Position numbers and translations under genes: made by a program | Notes under the pieces: generated by a model | The model's database searches: none | What the model was told of the DNA's origin: nothing | The model's input: only the letters and a program-made list of their open reading frames with translations | Assembly (NCBI GenBank): GCA_945865925.1 | Contig: CAMBFG010000004.1 | Location: forward strand, 46,659 to 110,658 | DNA: 64,000 bases | Direction of reading: 5' to 3' | Source: Dehalococcoides mccartyi | GTDB taxonomy: Bacteria > Chloroflexota > Dehalococcoidia > UBA2979 | In this document: in pieces, positions 18,422 through 30,258 of the stretch | Numbering within the stretch: position 1 is the stretch's first letter | Layout: every line of letters begins with the position of its first letter

Positions 18422-20560
18422 CTACCGGAACCGCAGGATCGAGAACAGATTGCTGCGGTCGTCCGTCCACAGGATCGGCTTCTTCTCGTTCCACTGCCCC
18501 GTCGCCGCCGCGATCTGCGTCCGGTCAAGGAATGCCCGGTCGCCCAGCAGCACCCAGTCCGTCTGGAAGTACCCCTCGAAGGAGTCCGGATACCCCTGCA
18601 CCCAGGCGACTTCGAGGCCCTTCTTTGCGCCGACGCCTCGCAGCACGGGGCGCAGGTCCACGTGCCGGTTGGAGATATTCGCGGCGATCACGCCACCCGG
18701 CGCCATGTGCCGCTGGTAGATGTCGAACGCCTGCTCGGTCAGCAGGTGCACGGGCACCGAGTCACTGGAGAACGCGTCGAGGAGCAGCACGTCGAACTGC
18801 TTCGACCCCGCCTCGAGTTGCTGCTCCAACACGAGCCGCCCGTCCCCGATGTAGACCTCCACGTTCGCACCACGCGCACGCGCGTCCGCGAGGTAGGTAA
18901 ACGGCGATTCGGCAAGATCGAGCACCATCGGATTGATCTCATAGATGTCGACCGTGTCGCCCTGCTGCCCGTACGCCGCGAGCATCCCCGCGCCCAGACC
19001 CAGGACGCCGATGCGCATCGGGCGGTCGAGCGTCGCGCGCCGCTCGTTGATCGCGAGGCCCGCGCCGCTCAGCCGGCCGTAGTAGCCGGTCCGCGCCGCG
19101 CGCCGCTCCGGCGAGACGAACTGGAAGCCGTGAAGGATGCGTCCGTGCTCCATGACTCGCTGCTGCAACTGCGGATCGCCGATGAACGCCTGGTAAATGC
19201 GCACCGAACCATAGAAATTGCGTCCCATCACCTCGATACCGCGGTAGCGCGACTCCACCTGCCGCCACAGCGCGAACGACAGCACCAACACGCCCACGAT
19301 CGACGCGACCCCGACCGCCGCGCGCAGCCCCGGGACCGACGGCACCAGATCGAGGGACGTACGCCGGCCCACCTTCCGCCGCCGCCATTCGTCCAGCCCG
19401 CGCGCAATCACCGCGAGCGCCCCCGCACCAATCAGGGCGACGTGGTATTCCCAGTAACCGTCGAACACCCTCGGCGCGATCAATGCGACGAAGACGCCAC
19501 CGAGGGCGCCACCCGTGGAGATCAACAGGTAATACGCGGTGAGGTGACGGGCGGCCGGACGGACTCGTGTGAGTTCGCCGTGCAACGCCATACAGCCGAA
19601 GAAAAGCAGGAACGAATAGATCGCGATCTGCACGGCGATCGCGATGATCACGTTGTCGAGCACCCACCATCCCATGCCGAGCGCGATCGCGAGGCCGATC
19701 CCGTAGGTCTGCGGCTCATACCAGCGGTCACCGCTGAAGCAGAGGATGAACGTGAACAGGTAGATCGACAGCGGCAACACCCAGAGCAGCGGCATCGCCG
19801 CGACGTCCTGTGTGATCTGCGTCGTCACCGCGAGCAGCAGCACGACAGCGCACGCGGGCAATGCGGCCCACAGCGCGACGTTCGCGATGCCCACCGGCTG
19901 CGCGCCGGCATCGGGCGTGTCGGTCGCCTCGATCGGTGCGGGGGCCGTCGTGCGCGAGCGCCACGCGAGGTACCCGCAGAGCGCGGCAAAGATGGCGTAG
20001 CCGACGGACCACGTCCACGCCTGGCCAGTCAGCCCCACGAACCGCTCGACGACCAGGGGGTACGCGAGCAGACCGATCAGCGAGCCGGCGTTCGAGAGTG
20101 CATAGAGGACGTACGGGTTCCGGCCGGGATGCTCCCGCGCGAACCACTGCTGCACCAGCGGGCCGGTCGTCGACAGCAGCAGGTACGGCGCGCCGACGGT
20201 CACCGCGAGCAGCGCCACAATGCGAAGCGTGGGGTCGACATCGGAGTCCGGTTGCCAGGTCTTGTCCGGGATGATCGGGAGCACGGCCAGCGCGGTGATC
20301 AGCAGGATGAGGTGGACCCCGCCCTGCCGCTTCGGCGAAAGCCGCGACGACACGAGGTGCGCGTAGGCATACCCACCCAGGAGGGCGATCTGAAAGAACA
20401 ACTGCGTCGCGGTCCACACGGCGGAGCCGCCGCCGAACCAGGGCAGGATGAACTTCGCGATGATCGGCTGGACCTGGAAGACGAGAAATGCACTCAGGAA
20501 GATCGTCACCGCGTACGGCGCGACCGCTGCCCGGCCGCTGCCCAACTTCAGACGCGCCAT
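18422..20560 (-). CDS. fused polytopic membrane domain / spermidine synthase-like methyltransferase-fold protein
   Basis: About 450 aa of TM helices, then IGVLGLGAGMLAAYG...VDIYEINP...DVLLLDAFSSDSVPVHLLT (SpeE-like fold). Confidence 0.85.
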   Translation of the reverse strand: MARLKLGSGRAAVAPYAVTIFLSAFLVFQVQPIIAKFILPWFGGGSAVWTATQLFFQIALLGGYAYAHLVSSRLSPKRQGGVHLILLITALAVLPIIPDKTWQPDSDVDPTLRIVALLAVTVGAPYLLLSTTGPLVQQWFAREHPGRNPYVLYALSNAGSLIGLLAYPLVVERFVGLTGQAWTWSVGYAIFAALCGYLAWRSRTTAPAPIEATDTPDAGAQPVGIANVALWAALPACAVVLLLAVTTQITQDVAAMPLLWVLPLSIYLFTFILCFSGDRWYEPQTYGIGLAIALGMGWWVLDNVIIAIAVQIAIYSFLLFFGCMALHGELTRVRPAARHLTAYYLLISTGGALGGVFVALIAPRVFDGYWEYHVALIGAGALAVIARGLDEWRRRKVGRRTSLDLVPSVPGLRAAVGVASIVGVLVLSFALWRQVESRYRGIEVMGRNFYGSVRIYQAFIGDPQLQQRVMEHGRILHGFQFVSPERRAARTGYYGRLSGAGLAINERRATLDRPMRIGVLGLGAGMLAAYGQQGDTVDIYEINPMVLDLAESPFTYLADARARGANVEVYIGDGRLVLEQQLEAGSKQFDVLLLDAFSSDSVPVHLLTEQAFDIYQRHMAPGGVIAANISNRHVDLRPVLRGVGAKKGLEVAWVQGYPDSFEGYFQTDWVLLGDRAFLDRTQIAAATGQWNEKKPILWTDDRSNLFSILRFR

Positions 20561-20635
20561 GGATATCCCTCGCTCCGATCCCCCGCCGAAGACTAGCAGG
20601 GTGCGAGGGCGCTGAGGGAGGCCGAGGACTCGGCC

Positions 20636-22447
<1,812 letters not shown>

Positions 22448-22574
22448 CGCACGCTCCGGCATCGAGGTCGTCGGCAGGGGGAAGGGGTTTCCACGCTACG
22501 GGCGCGAGGGCTGGGGGGCAATGCGAGGCCGATATGCGCTCGCGTACCCTCATTCAGCCACGAAGGAGCCTCGA

Positions 22575-23225
22575 ATGCCCGTCCCCACCCACGAACCCCT
22601 CGATGTCATCGAGGCCCTGCACTCCACTCCCTCCCGCCGTTACCTCAAGGCCGACCCGATTCCAGACGACATCCTCCGCGCGATCCTCGACGCCGCCATT
22701 CGAGGCCCTACTCCGGGGAACGCCCAGAACTGGGGCTGGGTCGTCGTCACGGACGCCGAGGTGAAGCGCCAGATCGCGGAGTGGTACCGCGAGGGCTGGC
22801 AGCGCGCCTACGGCTCCCGTCGCGACGCGATCATGGCCTCCGGCCCGGACGCGGGCGGCCTCGGCCGGCGGAACTTCCTCTCGGCGGAGCACCTCGCGAT
22901 GCACCTCGAAGAAGCGCCGGTGTGGGTGATCCCGGTGCTGCCCGGGGCGGCGAAGTCGCAGAACCCGCGTGCCGGCTCAGCGGTTTACGGGGCTGTGCAG
23001 CAGTTGATCCTCGCCGCCCGCGCCTTCGGCATCGGCGCGACGCTGACCTCGCTCTACGCCGGGCACGAGGACGATGTGAAGCGCCTCCTCGGCATCCCGG
23101 AAGACGCGCTCACCATGGCACTCATCCCCCTCGGCTACCCCGCACAGGGCCGCTGGGCCGAACCAAAGCGCCGAGGCATCGACGAGGTCGTCCACTGGGA
23201 ACGCTGGGGCACGCAGCGCCCGTAA
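22575..23225 (+). CDS. nitroreductase family protein
   Basis: ORF 22029..23225. ATG at 22575 is preceded by GAAGGAG. Contains [33 protein letters not shown]. The upstream part of the ORF is antisense to typA. Confidence 0.9.
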   Translation: MPVPTHEPLDVIEALHSTPSRRYLKADPIPDDILRAILDAAIRGPTPGNAQNWGWVVVTDAEVKRQIAEWYREGWQRAYGSRRDAIMASGPDAGGLGRRNFLSAEHLAMHLEEAPVWVIPVLPGAAKSQNPRAGSAVYGAVQQLILAARAFGIGATLTSLYAGHEDDVKRLLGIPEDALTMALIPLGYPAQGRWAEPKRRGIDEVVHWERWGTQRP

Positions 23226-23237
23226 CCCAGTCGTAGG

Positions 23238-24176
23238 ATGAATGTGATGTTCACCTCGAACTGCGCCCCGATCCTGCTCGGCCTGGCTGCCGCTTTCGCC
23301 CTCGTAGCGTGCGACACCAACCAGGCACCCGCGCCCACGGTCTCGGCCTCCCCGTCCCAGTCTCCCGCCGCCTCCCCCACATCGACGGCGACGGAGGTGG
23401 CACGAGCCACCGCGAGCCCATCAGCAACTGCTAGCGCGAGCGCATCGCCCTCGGCGTCACCCGCAGCCACCTCGACTGCCCCGGGCGCTGTTGCTCCGCC
23501 GCCCCGCCCCACCTCGACAGCGCCGCTCGCGGTGCCGAGCGGCGCGGCAGAGATCGAGCGCGGCACGCGGGCCAGAAGCGAGGTGGCACTCACCATCGAC
23601 TGCGGCTGGCGGTCGGAAGCGACCGCGGAGATCCTCCGCATCCTCGAAGAAGAGGATGTGGTCACCACCTGGTTCATGATGGGCATCTGGGCCGAGGCCC
23701 ATCCCGAACTGACGAGGCGCGTCGCCGCGAAGCACGAACTCGCCACTCACTCCTGGGATCACCCCGACTATCGAGACCTGACGGACGCCCAGATCGCCGC
23801 CGACCTGAAGCGCACAGATGACTACCTCAGAACCTTCTCGGGACGCGGCAGCGCCCCCATCTGGCGAGCGCCCTCCGCCGCGCGTGACCAGCGCGTCCTG
23901 GACGCCGCCGCCCGCGCCGGATTCCCGCTCCACATCTTCTGGACCATCGGGCAGACCTCGGCGGGCACCGCCAGCGGTGACTCCCTCGACTGGACGGAGG
24001 CGCCCGCCGCCGCCGTCCGCGCGAACCTGCTGCGCGCCATCGGCCTTGGCGGCGGCGCCATCCTCGTCGCCCACTGCGACGCCGAGTCGACCCGGGACGT
24101 CCTCCGCGAGGTGATCCGGGAGTACCGGAGGGCCGGGCTGCAGTTCGTCACCGTCTCCCAGTTGCTCCGCCCCTAG
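23238..24176 (+). CDS. polysaccharide deacetylase (CE4/NodB) lipoprotein
   Basis: Lipobox LVAC, an Ala/Ser/Pro linker, then ALTIDCGW...ELATHSWDHPDY (NodB homology motifs). Confidence 0.88.
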   Translation: MNVMFTSNCAPILLGLAAAFALVACDTNQAPAPTVSASPSQSPAASPTSTATEVARATASPSATASASASPSASPAATSTAPGAVAPPPRPTSTAPLAVPSGAAEIERGTRARSEVALTIDCGWRSEATAEILRILEEEDVVTTWFMMGIWAEAHPELTRRVAAKHELATHSWDHPDYRDLTDAQIAADLKRTDDYLRTFSGRGSAPIWRAPSAARDQRVLDAAARAGFPLHIFWTIGQTSAGTASGDSLDWTEAPAAAVRANLLRAIGLGGGAILVAHCDAESTRDVLREVIREYRRAGLQFVTVSQLLRP

Positions 24177-24262
24177 GCATCTCTCCTCTGGCGCCGGCGC
24201 CGAAGATGCGGACGCTTCGGTGCTCCGCCCAGCGGCAGGCTGACCCCTCTACCCTCCACCGC

Positions 24263-25171
24263 ATGACCGACACCGTCCCCGCGCGCGCCATCGAGTGGGT
24301 GACCGCCGTCGTCCCCGGCACCCGAGACGTGCGCGTCCTCGAGCAGTTCGCCGGTGCGACGACGTCCTCCCTCCACGCCATCGAGGTCGACCGCGCGGAC
24401 GCGCCGCCGCTGTCGCTCGTGCTGCGGCGGTACACGGATCCGGCTGTGCGCGCCGAAGAGCCGCAGTACCCACGCACGGAGGCTGCCGCGCTGCAGGCCC
24501 TCGACGGGGCCACCGGGGTCGTGGCGCCTCGGCTCATCGCCTTCGACGAGACCGGCGAGACGTGCGATGTCCCGGCCGTACTGATGAGCCGCCTCGACGG
24601 CCGGCCCGATCTCGCACCGGTCGACGTGGGTCGGTGGGTGAGCGGGCTGGCGCAGACGCTGGCCGCGATCCACCGTCTCGACGGTGCGGACATCGAAGGT
24701 GTCTACGAGCGCTGGCATGACCCTCAGACGGTGCAGCCACCACCGTGGTCGCAGCGGCCGGGGACATGGGCACGACTGATCGAGGCGTCACGCGACCGTG
24801 AGCCCGCAGGTGAGATCGTGCTCCTGCACCGCGACTATCACCCAGGAAATGTGCTGTGGCGTGGCGGCGTGGTCACGGGCGTTGTCGACTGGCCAAACGT
24901 ATGCCGGGGTGTCGCAGGCCTCGATGTCGGCCACTGCCGCCGCGACATCGTGATGACCCACGGGATCGAGGTAGCCGAGACATTCCTCAGCGCCTTCGCG
25001 GAAGCCTCGGGACGCGCGCCGGACGCGCTCTGCGACGCACTCGCGTTGCTGGATATCAGCCAGGTGACCAACGTGACGCCGTACCACGCCTACGGCCGCA
25101 CGGACCTCACTGTCGAATTGACGCGCGCGCGCCTCGACAAGTACGCGGCATTGGTCGCAAGCCGGCTGTAG
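24263..25171 (+). CDS. aminoglycoside/choline-kinase-like phosphotransferase (APH family)
   Basis: Contains LLHRDYHPGNVLW...VVDWPNVCRG (Brenner and DxD motifs). Start ambiguous (24206 or 24263). Confidence 0.8.
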   Translation: MTDTVPARAIEWVTAVVPGTRDVRVLEQFAGATTSSLHAIEVDRADAPPLSLVLRRYTDPAVRAEEPQYPRTEAAALQALDGATGVVAPRLIAFDETGETCDVPAVLMSRLDGRPDLAPVDVGRWVSGLAQTLAAIHRLDGADIEGVYERWHDPQTVQPPPWSQRPGTWARLIEASRDREPAGEIVLLHRDYHPGNVLWRGGVVTGVVDWPNVCRGVAGLDVGHCRRDIVMTHGIEVAETFLSAFAEASGRAPDALCDALALLDISQVTNVTPYHAYGRTDLTVELTRARLDKYAALVASRL

Positions 25172-25182
25172 GCCCGCCGCTC

Positions 25183-25782
25183 CTAGCGGGAGCCGGCGGC
25201 GATCGCGTCGTCGATAAGCGCCTGCAGGCGAACCTCGCTCAACGGACCCTCGATGCGGCCCACGAACGAGCCGTCCTTCGCGAAGACGAGGGTCGTCGGG
25301 ATGACCGCGACGTTGTGGGCGCGAGAAAACGTCCCGTCGTCGATAGCGTGTGGGTAGTCCAGCCCCTCAGCCTCCGCGAACGCTCGCGCCAGCCTCGGCT
25401 CATCCAGGCTGACGACGCCGTAGTACGTGACCCCCGAGGCCGACTCCGCCATTCGACGCAGGACAGGCGCCTCTGCGCGGCACGGCCCGCACCACGACGC
25501 CCATACGTTCACCACCACCACGCGATCGGAGAACACCGCCTGCGTGATCCGGCTCCCATCCAGGGCGGGCAGGTCGAACGGCCGCGCCGCCTCCGCGACC
25601 GGCGCCTCAATGCGCCCCCGCATCACGAGCAGGGCACCCACGAGCAGCGGCGCCAGCAACAGCAGCGTGCCCCCGAGAGCGAACGCGAAGAGCCGGGACA
25701 TCGGCATACCGGAGGTGGGAGTGGCCTCCGGCAACGTGCCGTTATCGGATGCGTCGAGGGGTGCGTCCAGCGGTGCGTCCAT
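25183..25782 (-). CDS. TlpA/ResA-type thiol:disulfide oxidoreductase, membrane anchored
   Basis: VVVNVWASWCGPCRAEAP (CxxC thioredoxin fold). ATG at 25782 is preceded by GGAGG. Confidence 0.88.
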   Translation of the reverse strand: MDAPLDAPLDASDNGTLPEATPTSGMPMSRLFAFALGGTLLLLAPLLVGALLVMRGRIEAPVAEAARPFDLPALDGSRITQAVFSDRVVVVNVWASWCGPCRAEAPVLRRMAESASGVTYYGVVSLDEPRLARAFAEAEGLDYPHAIDDGTFSRAHNVAVIPTTLVFAKDGSFVGRIEGPLSEVRLQALIDDAIAAGSR

Positions 25783-25811
25783 GGTGCCTCCACTGGCATC
25801 AGAGGCGCAGG

Positions 25812-26630
25812 CTACTCGTTCCCAGCGGGGCCGGGGGGCGTGCCCGGTGGGAAGCTCGAGCCGGGTCCCGTGCCCGTGGAAGGCGTCGGGGTCGGGACGG
25901 GCGTCGTCGGCCCGGGGGTCGGCGACGGCCCGGGTGTCGAGGTGCCACCAGCCGCACAGACAAGGATCACGGGTGTCTCAGCGAGTACCCCGGACCCCAC
26001 CTGCGAGGTCCACTGATCGTTCACGAAGGAAGGCGCTCCCGCGATGTACGCGATGAGCGCGCCGCTCCGGCTCACCAACACCGACCGCACACCGCACCCA
26101 CGACCCTCCGCGACGCTCAGTAGCGTCTCGATGCGCCCGCCCGTCCACAGCACGAGGGAGAAGCCCCCGGACGCGGAGACGGTGCCGGTGATCGTGCCGC
26201 CCGAGGGGACAGGCGCCGGAGTCGGCACGACGGTGGGCACCGCCGTCGGTACCGCGGTTGGCGCCGCTGTCGGCACCGGAGTCGGCGCGGCGGTGCCGGG
26301 GACGAGGTAGATCCCGGCCGCCCAACCGGTCTGGCCGCTGGCGCTGATCCGCTCCCAGCGCAGGCCATCCACGTCCTGCGACTCACCGAGGGCGAAGACC
26401 TGCGAGCCCTCCGCAAGACAGGCGACCTGTACTCCGCTCAGGCCGGGCGTCGCCCGCATCCGCAGGCAGTCGCCGTCCGCACGGACGATGTGCGGCCCGC
26501 TGGCGGCATCCACGAAGGCCGGCCACACCGCGAGCAGCAGCACCGCCAGCGCAGCGAGTGTGAGCCACGTCCGAGCGCGCCACCGTCGGGCGTGCGGGAC
26601 GGCGAGGGCGGATGTGTGTTCACGGTCCAT
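25812..26630 (-). CDS. membrane-anchored SH3b-like domain protein with two Pro/Thr-rich linkers and an unknown C-terminal domain
   Basis: ORF 25812..26741, ATG at 26630 (MDREHTS...), one TM segment. GDCLRMRATPGLSG...GLRWERISASGQTGWAAGIYL resembles bacterial SH3. Followed by PTPVPTAAPTAVPTAVPTVVPTPAP. Confidence 0.7.
   Translation of the reverse strand: MDREHTSALAVPHARRWRARTWLTLAALAVLLLAVWPAFVDAASGPHIVRADGDCLRMRATPGLSGVQVACLAEGSQVFALGESQDVDGLRWERISASGQTGWAAGIYLVPGTAAPTPVPTAAPTAVPTAVPTVVPTPAPVPSGGTITGTVSASGGFSLVLWTGGRIETLLSVAEGRGCGVRSVLVSRSGALIAYIAGAPSFVNDQWTSQVGSGVLAETPVILVCAAGGTSTPGPSPTPGPTTPVPTPTPSTGTGPGSSFPPGTPPGPAGNE
26205..26300 (-). repeat. imperfect ~12-nt tandem repeats encoding (P-T-A-V)n linker
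   Basis: ggcaccgccgtcggtaccgcggttggcgccgctgtcggcaccggagtcggc. CCGGAGTCGGC recurs 60 nt apart. This is coding low complexity, not a CRISPR array. Confidence 0.6.
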
Positions 26631-26723
26631 CCATCGAGGATACGCGTCGCTCTCGGGCGGCACGAGCGCGGTACGCTCGCGGTGAAATCGCGATCCTGTG
26701 AGTCGCGCTGTCAGGAGGACACG

Positions 26724-28079
26724 ATGGCGGATGGGGCGCATGCCGATCTAACGCTGGCGATCGACGCGGCGTTCCCTGCGGCGCGTGCCGCCCTCGAGCG
26801 CCTCGTGCGCATCCCTTCGGTCGGTGCGGAGGGCGCGGACACGCCGGCGATGCGCGCGGCAGCCGAGGCCGCCGCCGGCATGCTCACAGACGTGGGCCTG
26901 GAGGGCGTCCGCCTGCTGGAGGTGCCGGATGCCGCGCCTGCCGTCTACGCGGAACGCTCGGGGCCACCGGGTGCGCCCGTGGTGCTCCTCTACGCCCACT
27001 ACGACGTCCAGCCCGTCGGCGACCTCACCCTCTGGACCGCGACCCCCTTCGACCCCGCCGAGCGTGAGGGCCGCCTCTACGGTCGCGGGGCATCCGATGA
27101 CAAGGCCGGCATCGCGATGCACCTCGCGGCGTTGCGTGCGCTCCTCGCCTGCGGGCCGTTGCCCGTGACCGTGCATGTGTTCCTGGAAGGCGAAGAGGAG
27201 CAGGGGTCACCGCACCTCGGGGCGTTCCTCGAACGGCACGGGGCGCTGCTGCAGGCGGACGTCATCGTGGTCGCGGACTCCGAGCACTGGCGGCTCGGGG
27301 AGCCCGCCCTCACCACCTCCCTGCGCGGCATCGTCGACTGCGAGGTCGAAGTGCGGACGGCGCGCGCGGCGGTCCACAGCGGCCAGTTCGGCGGCGCCAT
27401 CCCGGACGCCATCTCCGCGCTCGCACGCCTCCTCGCGACCCTCCACGATGACGCGGGCCGTGTCGCCATCGCCGGGCTCGTGCATGCGGGCACCGCGCCG
27501 GTGGACGAGGACGAGGCGCACCTGCGCGAGGCGGCCGGGATGCTGCCCGGCACCCGGTTCATCGGCGACGGGCCGCTGAGCGCGCGCCTGTGGCTCCAGC
27601 CGGCCGTCTCCGTCCTCGCCCTCGATGCCCCGCGCATCAGCGAGGCGGTCAACGCGCTGGTGCCCGTGGCGCGCGCGAAGGTCAGCGTGCGCCTCGCGCC
27701 GGGGCAGGATCCCGCTGTCGCGATGAACGCGCTGGTCGCGCACCTCGAGTCGCACGCGCCGTGGGGGGCGCAGGTGACCGTCACCCGAGGCTCGATGTCA
27801 TCACCGTTCCGCCTCGACACGTCGAATGTGGCGTTTGAGGCGTTCCGCACCGGCCTGCGCGAAGCGTGGGGCGTCGAGCCCGTCGAGATCGGCGTGGGTG
27901 GTTCGATCCCCCTCGTGGCCGCGCTCGCAGCCGCGCAGCCGGGTGCCGCGATCCTACTGACCGGCGTCGGCGAGCCGCTCAGTCGCATCCACGGCCCGGA
28001 CGAGAGCCAGGATCTCCAGGAGTTACGACGAGGTGCGCTCGCGGAAGCGATCGCGCTGCGGCTGCTCGGCGGAGGCTAG
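26724..28079 (+). CDS. M20 family metallopeptidase (dipeptidase/ArgE-like)
   Basis: ORF 26490..28079. ATG at 26724 is preceded by AGGAGGA. Contains LLYAHYDVQP and GRGASDDKAG. Confidence 0.9.
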   Translation: MADGAHADLTLAIDAAFPAARAALERLVRIPSVGAEGADTPAMRAAAEAAAGMLTDVGLEGVRLLEVPDAAPAVYAERSGPPGAPVVLLYAHYDVQPVGDLTLWTATPFDPAEREGRLYGRGASDDKAGIAMHLAALRALLACGPLPVTVHVFLEGEEEQGSPHLGAFLERHGALLQADVIVVADSEHWRLGEPALTTSLRGIVDCEVEVRTARAAVHSGQFGGAIPDAISALARLLATLHDDAGRVAIAGLVHAGTAPVDEDEAHLREAAGMLPGTRFIGDGPLSARLWLQPAVSVLALDAPRISEAVNALVPVARAKVSVRLAPGQDPAVAMNALVAHLESHAPWGAQVTVTRGSMSSPFRLDTSNVAFEAFRTGLREAWGVEPVEIGVGGSIPLVAALAAAQPGAAILLTGVGEPLSRIHGPDESQDLQELRRGALAEAIALRLLGGG

Positions 28080-28083
28080 CCCG

Positions 28084-29487
28084 CTAGACGACTGCGGCGA
28101 CCTCGGCAGGCTGCTCTTCGGCACGCGTCGGCTGCTTGGCGAGCGAGACGAGCACGATCGCGACAACCGCGAGGGCGGCGACGATGAAGAACGCGCCGTC
28201 GTAGTTGCCGACGCGGTCGAAGTAGAACGACGTGAGGAACGGCGAACTCGCCCCGATGATCAGCGCGAACGGCAGCCCCGCGCTCCGCACCGAGCCGAGG
28301 TGGCGCCGCCCGAAGTAGGACGCCCAGACGACCTCCTGCAGCGGGATCAGTCCGCCCCAGCCGAGGCCCAGCATGAAGAACCCGACCACCACTGCCAGGT
28401 CGGCGTGATTGCGCACCGCAAACACGATCACCACCAGCGAGATCGCATTGATCGTGAAACCGATCAGCGACAACCGTTGGGCGCTCGCGAAGTCGATCAG
28501 CCAACCCCACACCGGCTTCGAGAGCAACGAGGGTACCGAGGTCAACAGGATCATCCCGGCGCCGACCTTGCGGCTGTAGCCGGCGTCCTCCATGAACGGC
28601 ACGGTCTGCACCAGCATCACGCCGATGGACAGCGCGCCGAACCCGAAGCCGAAGACAATGAGGTAGAACGAGCGCGTCCGGAGCGCCTGCTGCCGCGTGA
28701 ACGACCGCGCGAAGTCCGCCGCTGCCGCACGCCCGCCGCCTGCGGCGATCTGCTCGCGACTCTTGCCATCCGGGTGCAGCCCGAAGTCCTCGGGCGCACG
28801 ACGCATCGCGAAGGAGAGCGGGAAGATCACCGCCAGTACGCCGACAGCAAGGACGTGCCACGCCATCCGCCAACCGACCGCGTCCACCAGCGTCGCTGAG
28901 AGCGGGGTGAGGGCCACACCGGCGTATGAGACGCCCATCGCGGCGAACGAGGCGACCCGGCCGCGCTTCTCCACGAACCACTTCGAGAGTGTGACGTTGA
29001 CGACCAGGTTGCCGATCATCGCCGCGCCAGCAGTGACCACCAGACCGTTCAACACCCACCACTGCCACAATTCGTTCACATAGCCACACATGAACGTCGA
29101 GCCCGCGAGGACGAATGCGCCGCCGCGCATCAGTCGAGCGCCGCCGTGACGGTCCACGTACCCGCCGATGAAGAACCCGGTGAACGCCATGATGAACTGG
29201 CCGATGCTCCGCGCCAGCACAAACTCGGAGCGCGACCAGTCCAGTTCCTCCGTCATCGGACGCGTGAACGAACCGATCATGTAGTTCTGGGAACCCACCG
29301 AGATGAACTGGGCGATGAACGCGACGGCAACGAGCCAGTAGCCGTAGTAGTTGTTGTTGGCCTTCTTCGCCCACCGTCTGCCGTCCGAGTCCGGACGGCT
29401 GAGCCAGACCAGCCCGCCCGCGAGGGCCGCGAGGGCAAAGCCATAGACGCCGACTCGATAGAGCCAATTGACGAACTCGGTCACCAA
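28084..29487 (-). CDS. MFS transporter (oxalate/formate antiporter-like)
   Basis: 12-TM profile with ...FISVGSQNYMIGSFTRPMTEELDWS. The start is TTG 29487, or more likely GTG 29484, which has GGAGG at 6 nt. Confidence 0.85.
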   Translation of the reverse strand: MVTEFVNWLYRVGVYGFALAALAGGLVWLSRPDSDGRRWAKKANNNYYGYWLVAVAFIAQFISVGSQNYMIGSFTRPMTEELDWSRSEFVLARSIGQFIMAFTGFFIGGYVDRHGGARLMRGGAFVLAGSTFMCGYVNELWQWWVLNGLVVTAGAAMIGNLVVNVTLSKWFVEKRGRVASFAAMGVSYAGVALTPLSATLVDAVGWRMAWHVLAVGVLAVIFPLSFAMRRAPEDFGLHPDGKSREQIAAGGGRAAAADFARSFTRQQALRTRSFYLIVFGFGFGALSIGVMLVQTVPFMEDAGYSRKVGAGMILLTSVPSLLSKPVWGWLIDFASAQRLSLIGFTINAISLVVIVFAVRNHADLAVVVGFFMLGLGWGGLIPLQEVVWASYFGRRHLGSVRSAGLPFALIIGASSPFLTSFYFDRVGNYDGAFFIVAALAVVAIVLVSLAKQPTRAEEQPAEVAAVV

Positions 29488-29678
29488 TGGCCTCCAGCCT
29501 GTTGAGGGGTCCGCGGCCAGCGCTCGCGGCCCCTAGGCGCGCGGGCAGCATACGCCCGGTATACACGAAGGCGCCCGCTGCCCGCGCTCCTCGACGGCGC
29601 CCAGACGCCTCGGTAGGATTGGGCTGCGCACGCCATCCCCCAGAGCGTGGCCGGGCGTGTGCCGGAGGAGGCGACCCA

Positions 29679-30227
29679 GTGACGTTCGTGATCACCGAGA
29701 CCTGCATCGGCACCCAGGATCAGGCCTGCGTCTCCGTCTGCCCCGTGGACTGCATCCACTTCGACGCCGGCACCGACGCCATGCTCTTCATCAACCCCGT
29801 CGACTGCATCGACTGCGGCGCCTGCCAGCCGGCCTGCCCCGTCGACGCCATTTTCCCGGAGGCGGACGTCCCCGCCGACCAGAGCAAGTTCATCGAGATC
29901 AACTCACTCTGGTACGCCGACAAGGCGGCCGCCCGCGGTCGCGTCGGCGACAAGCCAATCGCCGCCACGGTCGCCAAGAAAGAGCCCGCGGTCGCCACTG
30001 CCGAGGCCGAGCCGGTCGTCGCGGGGTACATCCCGCCCGAGTTGCGCCCCCACGGTGATGGCTTCAAGTGGGGCGAAAACGGCGTGGAAGGCAAGTGCGC
30101 CGTGTGCGGCACCTACGTCATCAAGGGCGGCGTGAAGTTCCGCGAGAAGTCGGTGCTCTGCCCGGAAGACGCCGCCCGCCAGGCTGCTATCTCCAACCCC
30201 TACGGAGCGAACGCCGGCCGCCGCTAG
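29679..30227 (+). CDS. ferredoxin (FdxA-like 7Fe type N-terminal domain) with ~110 aa C-terminal extension
   Basis: GTG at 29679 is preceded by GGAGGAG. N-terminus TFVITETCIGTQDQACVSVCPVDCIHF...CIDCGACQPACPVDAI. The extension carries CAVCG...CPED. Confidence 0.85.
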   Translation: MTFVITETCIGTQDQACVSVCPVDCIHFDAGTDAMLFINPVDCIDCGACQPACPVDAIFPEADVPADQSKFIEINSLWYADKAAARGRVGDKPIAATVAKKEPAVATAEAEPVVAGYIPPELRPHGDGFKWGENGVEGKCAVCGTYVIKGGVKFREKSVLCPEDAARQAAISNPYGANAGRR

Positions 30228-30258
30228 CCCCTGATCGAGACCGTCGCGATTCCCTTGC

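Noticed and set aside
18368-20596. 742-aa plus-strand ORF
   Set aside because: Antisense to the membrane/spermidine-synthase-like gene. It is extremely Arg/His/Asp/Glu-rich with no hydrophobic core. 19728..20717 was rejected for the same reason.
26205-26300. Short tandem repeats that could be mistaken for a CRISPR or VNTR locus
   Set aside because: The units are ~12 nt, imperfect, without spacers, and lie in frame inside a CDS encoding a Pro/Thr linker.
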